The notes below the pieces were generated by a model. The model was given only the letters and a program-made list of their open reading frames with translations, did no database searches and had not been told where the DNA came from. The position numbers were made by a program, and so were the translations under genes. A stretch of DNA of 64,000 nt from Vicugna vicugna (lineage: Eukaryota), in contig MU062133.1 in the NCBI GenBank assembly GCA_013265495.1, forward strand, positions 9,526,182 to 9,590,181. Direction: 5' to 3'. This document shows, piece after piece, positions 62,392 through 64,000 of the stretch (position 1 is its first letter; each line of letters begins with the position of its first letter).

Positions 62392-63149
62392 ACCTAAGGA
62401 ATTCAATCTAAACTCTTGCTATCTAAGACTCTCCCTGATCTAACCTTTTGCTAATTTTCTTATCAAGATTCATGCTCTGGAAAAATACTCCCAAATGCAT
62501 CATGCCTGTTACCTTCTCTGCCTTTTCCCCACTGTTGGATATAACCAGAGCGTCCCATCCTCCTAGCCGGGGCTTTGTCAACATTGCACATCTACACACA
62601 GAAGAACTATGTGCAAAATACACACACCTAGGTAGCAAACCTTGGCTGAATGCCTAGTATAGGCTGATCACTATATTAGACATTTTATCTTCACAGTAGT
62701 CTCACAAGGTAAATAGTATCTCCTTTCTTTCTACTGAGGAAACTGAGGAATTAAGCAACTGACTCAATGATTCATAGAGAATAAAGGTTTCGACTGAAGT
62801 TTGGTCTAACGTTTGTCATAATCCACTTGTTATTTGGTTTCTTTTTGCTCATTGCACGTTCAGAAATAAGCCAGTTTGCAAAGGGGAAAAATGGGACATA
62901 TCCAATTCTACAGAAATCTTGATTTGGGGATTAATTATATAATCAAATTAAATTCTTTCAGATCTTCCATTGATGTTTATGTCAGCCCAAGTCAATTTTA
63001 TTTTGAAAAGCCATTAACCAGCCTGACTTTAAACAATAAAATCAATTCAGAAATGGTTCATTCAGTTAAAAATCTGAGACAGCCATATTAATGCAACTAT
63101 ATTTGAACAACTGTCCTAAGTTCAGTTCATTCACATCCAGCCCTAAATC

Positions 63150-63340
63150 ACACTGTGCGCTTCACTCGGACAGCTCCCAGCCCATCTGCCGATGCACAGA
63201 TGGGCTGGCCTGTGCGTGTGAGCTTCTCTTTAGATGCCGCGTGTAACAGCAACAATGACGGACCTTGTGAGTCTGCCAGGAACCTAGCACGTAGCCCGGC
63301 TCTTCCTCACAGTATCTCTGGGCAGCAGGTAAGCGCCCGG
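63150..63340 (+). promoter_or_regulatory. CpG-enriched non-repeat element; candidate promoter, first exon or enhancer
   Basis: Dense CpGs, inverted E-box pair in a 12-bp stem, donors CTT|gtgagt (about 63266) and CAG|gtaagc (63328). Confidence 0.35.
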
Positions 63341-64000
63341 CATTACCTAATCACAGTTTCTGTTTATGTCTCTCCACTTCAAATCGCTTCCCCAGCCCAG
63401 GCCGGTTCTTTCTCTCCCCTAATAACTAGATTTGAGCTTTCCCTTAAGATCATATTTCATCAGCTGCTGGCACATCTCTTCTGCTGCTAATGCCGCACTG
63501 ATCTGCTCTGGCAAGTCTCCAGACCTCCTCTGATCACCTTAGGGGCTACAGCCCAGCCAGGCTTTTCTCTCCACCCTCGACCCTTCCATATGCCCCCTTT
63601 CCCCACAAGCTCCAGCATCAACCCCCTGGCCAGATTTAATTTCTTATCCATGTCTATTCAAGCAGACACAAAAACAAAAATAGTATTTCCCTGGAAAGAG
63701 CTCATTTCCCATGGCCAAACTTAGCACAGCTCCCACCACCAGGAAGCACTTTCCAGGCTTAGGCTGAATCCCTTGAGTGGACCTAGAGAAACAGTGAGAC
63801 AGATGTAGACAAAGGGGTGGGGGGAGGAGTCCTATGTGAAAGCACGTTTCGGATCTTCTGGGTATTTTGTTAGATAAACACCACAGGGTAATTTGGTATT
63901 TATAGAAGGCTAAAACCCAACCTTAAAGATGATAGGGCATCAGCAAGATTTAATTACTCCCTTAGGTCTCTGCTGTACGAGGAAGTGCTCACATGACAAC

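Noticed and set aside
63242-63253. 12-nt match to the 5' end of miR-194 (tgtaacagcaac)
   Set aside because: The match breaks after 12 nt and there is no miR-194 hairpin context.

Overview
This is mammalian genomic DNA, most likely camelid: it carries a tRNA-Ala-derived SINE resembling the camelid Vic-1 family and an artiodactyl-type young L1 3' end. It has five N gaps. Roughly half the window is interspersed repeat: L1, L2, MIR, L3/CR1, MaLR/ERVL LTRs and hAT MITEs. I could not recognise any known protein-coding gene, so no gene symbols are given. The best-resolved element is a deleted endogenous retrovirus on the minus strand (13.8-16.2 kb). It has class III-type RNase H and integrase remnants, a gamma-type env TM immunosuppressive domain, and two LTRs. 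The 3' LTR keeps 13 CpGs (the 5' LTR keeps 1), plus a GC-box and a consensus splice donor pointing at candidate minus-strand exons at 9.6-6.5 kb. Other unexplained signals are a second set of minus-strand exons ending at a good polyA site (54.9-50.3 kb), a CTCF motif next to a Z-DNA tract (18.5-19.1 kb), a palindromic GAACGTTY tandem array (29.6 kb) and a CpG cluster with a hairpin and splice donors at 63.2 kb. All exon calls come from reading splice signals by eye and need RNA or alignment support. Repeat family names are from recall of consensus sequences, and repeat boundaries are approximate.
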